Source: Klebsormidium nitens | Lineage: Eukaryota; Plantae; Klebsormidiophyceae | NCBI GenBank assembly: GCA_000708835.1 | Contig: DF236951.1 | Span: 2,388 to 66,387, forward strand | Direction of reading: 5' to 3' | Length of the DNA: 64,000 nt | In this document: positions 63,053-64,000 of the stretch, piece after piece | How the letters are laid out: each line of letters begins with the position of its first letter | Position numbering within the stretch: the stretch's first letter is position 1 | Notes under the pieces: model-generated | The model's database searches: none | Told to the model about the DNA's origin: nothing | What the model saw: the letters and a program-made list of their open reading frames with translations, nothing else | Translations under genes and position numbers: made by a program

Positions 63053-63716
63053 TCACAAAGCCAAGGCCAAGGGCTCGATTCTATCCCTACCTGATACCAG
63101 GTATTTCGAGCTGGCGCTGAAAGCCCGCTCTTGCGCTTCGTGCTGACAACGAACTCGAAAATCTGTGTCTTCAACTTCAAGTTCAAGTTCAGGTTCAAGT
63201 TCTAGATTCAGAACTTCAAATGTTCTGAGCTTCCGCCACTCTTCAAAGTTCACGGCCAGTGCAGTGGTGGCGGCGACCTTTCCCTCTGTCTCTGACACAA
63301 TCTCTACTACACGACAAGGGAAGTTGACTGTTGAGGACCCGGACTTTGGAAAGAGAAAGCTTTCTACAAAATCAGCAGTTACCTTACGGTACTTGAAGTC
63401 ATCCACTCTGAGAAGGAACCAGCTTATGTATCCCCTAGGTGCAAGAAGCTGAACCTGTACTCCGAGGGTGCAACGACGCTCAAAAAGGTGAATCAGATGT
63501 GCTAAGCTTGCACCACCCTGTAATCAACTAGAAAGTGTTGCAGCATTGTCTTTGAGTGTGCAATTGATCATGAGATCCTCAGTTCGTATGTCTGGTAAGG
63601 TCAGTCATGTGCTTGAACTTCATCTGGTTTCACACACAAACGCCTCTCAATTCATCGCTGCATCTGGGCTTCTTACCGAAAAGCTTCAAGTAAAAAGTAT
63701 GCAAAAAGATCGTCAT
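63053..63716 (-). other. Unassigned open frame, possibly two exons (63716-63677 + 63501-63053, ~162 aa), immediately upstream of TOM20
   Basis: Stop-free frame 63523-63053. The upstream ATG exon with donor G|GTAAGA and the phase-compatible acceptor gcttag| are both present. No recognisable domain. Confidence 0.25.
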
Positions 63717-63840
63717 TGCAGCAACACTGCCCCTCCCAGTCGATATTCGCTTCTGCTATTGAATCCTACAGCTGTCCACACTCTTGTTCTTTCACAGCTG
63801 CACTCTGGTGTCACGTTGACTTTGAGGACACGGGCAAGCG

Positions 63841-64000
63841 ATGGTGGAAGCAGCCCCGGGCTTAAGCCTGCACGAGGTGCAGTGCTTGGAGGGGCACAGC
63901 GACCGGGTATGGAGCGCGGCATGGGCACCTTCGGGGGATGCCCTGGCCTCCTGCAGCGGAGACAAGACCGTGAGAGTGTGGGCCAGAGAAGCAGGGCCAG
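63841..64000 (+). CDS. CIA1: Cytosolic Fe-S assembly WD40 protein CIA1/CIAO1, 5' end only (runs off the window)
   Basis: [47 protein letters not shown] matches the first WD40 repeat of CIA1 (LEGH.DRVW..AW.P..LASCSGD.TVR.W). This ORF is absent from the supplied track because it is truncated. Confidence 0.85.
   Translation, partial: MVEAAPGLSLHEVQCLEGHSDRVWSAAWAPSGDALASCSGDKTVRVWAREAGP

Noticed and set aside
5196-64000. Co-location of an Fe-S enzyme (APR) and an Fe-S assembly factor (CIA1) as a functional cluster
   Set aside because: They are 55 kb apart, act in different compartments (plastid versus cytosol), and are separated by unrelated genes.
1-64000. CRISPR array, rRNA or tRNA genes
   Set aside because: Eukaryotic nuclear DNA. 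The only tandem repeats have 2-3 units without unique equal-length spacers, and I recognised no cloverleaf/A-B box or rRNA-conserved segments by eye. tRNAscan-SE/Infernal would be decisive.

Overview
This is eukaryotic, intron-rich nuclear DNA from a green-lineage organism. The gene set suggests a flagellate-capable streptophyte alga, Klebsormidium-like; that is an inference, not a database match. Ten spliced genes could be reconstructed by hand: SYP4/syntaxin-16 (-), APS reductase (+), SPIRAL1-like (-), SPRING1/C12orf49-like (+), mitochondrial malate dehydrogenase (-), COP1 (-), a CW-zinc-finger/MBD protein (-), plastid TatA (+), a ~26 kb, ~41-exon inner-arm I1/f 1-alpha-type dynein heavy chain (-), and TOM20 (-). 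The 5' end of an eleventh gene, CIA1/CIAO1 (+), is cut by the window edge. Eight of these genes form four tight head-to-head pairs. The other intergenic gaps hold decayed copia, gypsy and LINE fragments. The most unusual signals are: (i) TACSGTA and CTAGGTAC motifs concentrated upstream of genes; (ii) an APR intron inverted repeat that mimics the adjacent catalytic-exon/5' splice-site junction; (iii) a ~225 bp nested inverted-repeat element with a G-quadruplex-like, telomere-like core; (iv) an unassigned open frame ending 80 nt before the TOM20 start codon (possible bicistron or long uORF); and (v) a GC-AG intron in the dynein gene. I saw no rRNA, tRNA or CRISPR array. All exon models and motif counts were made by eye.
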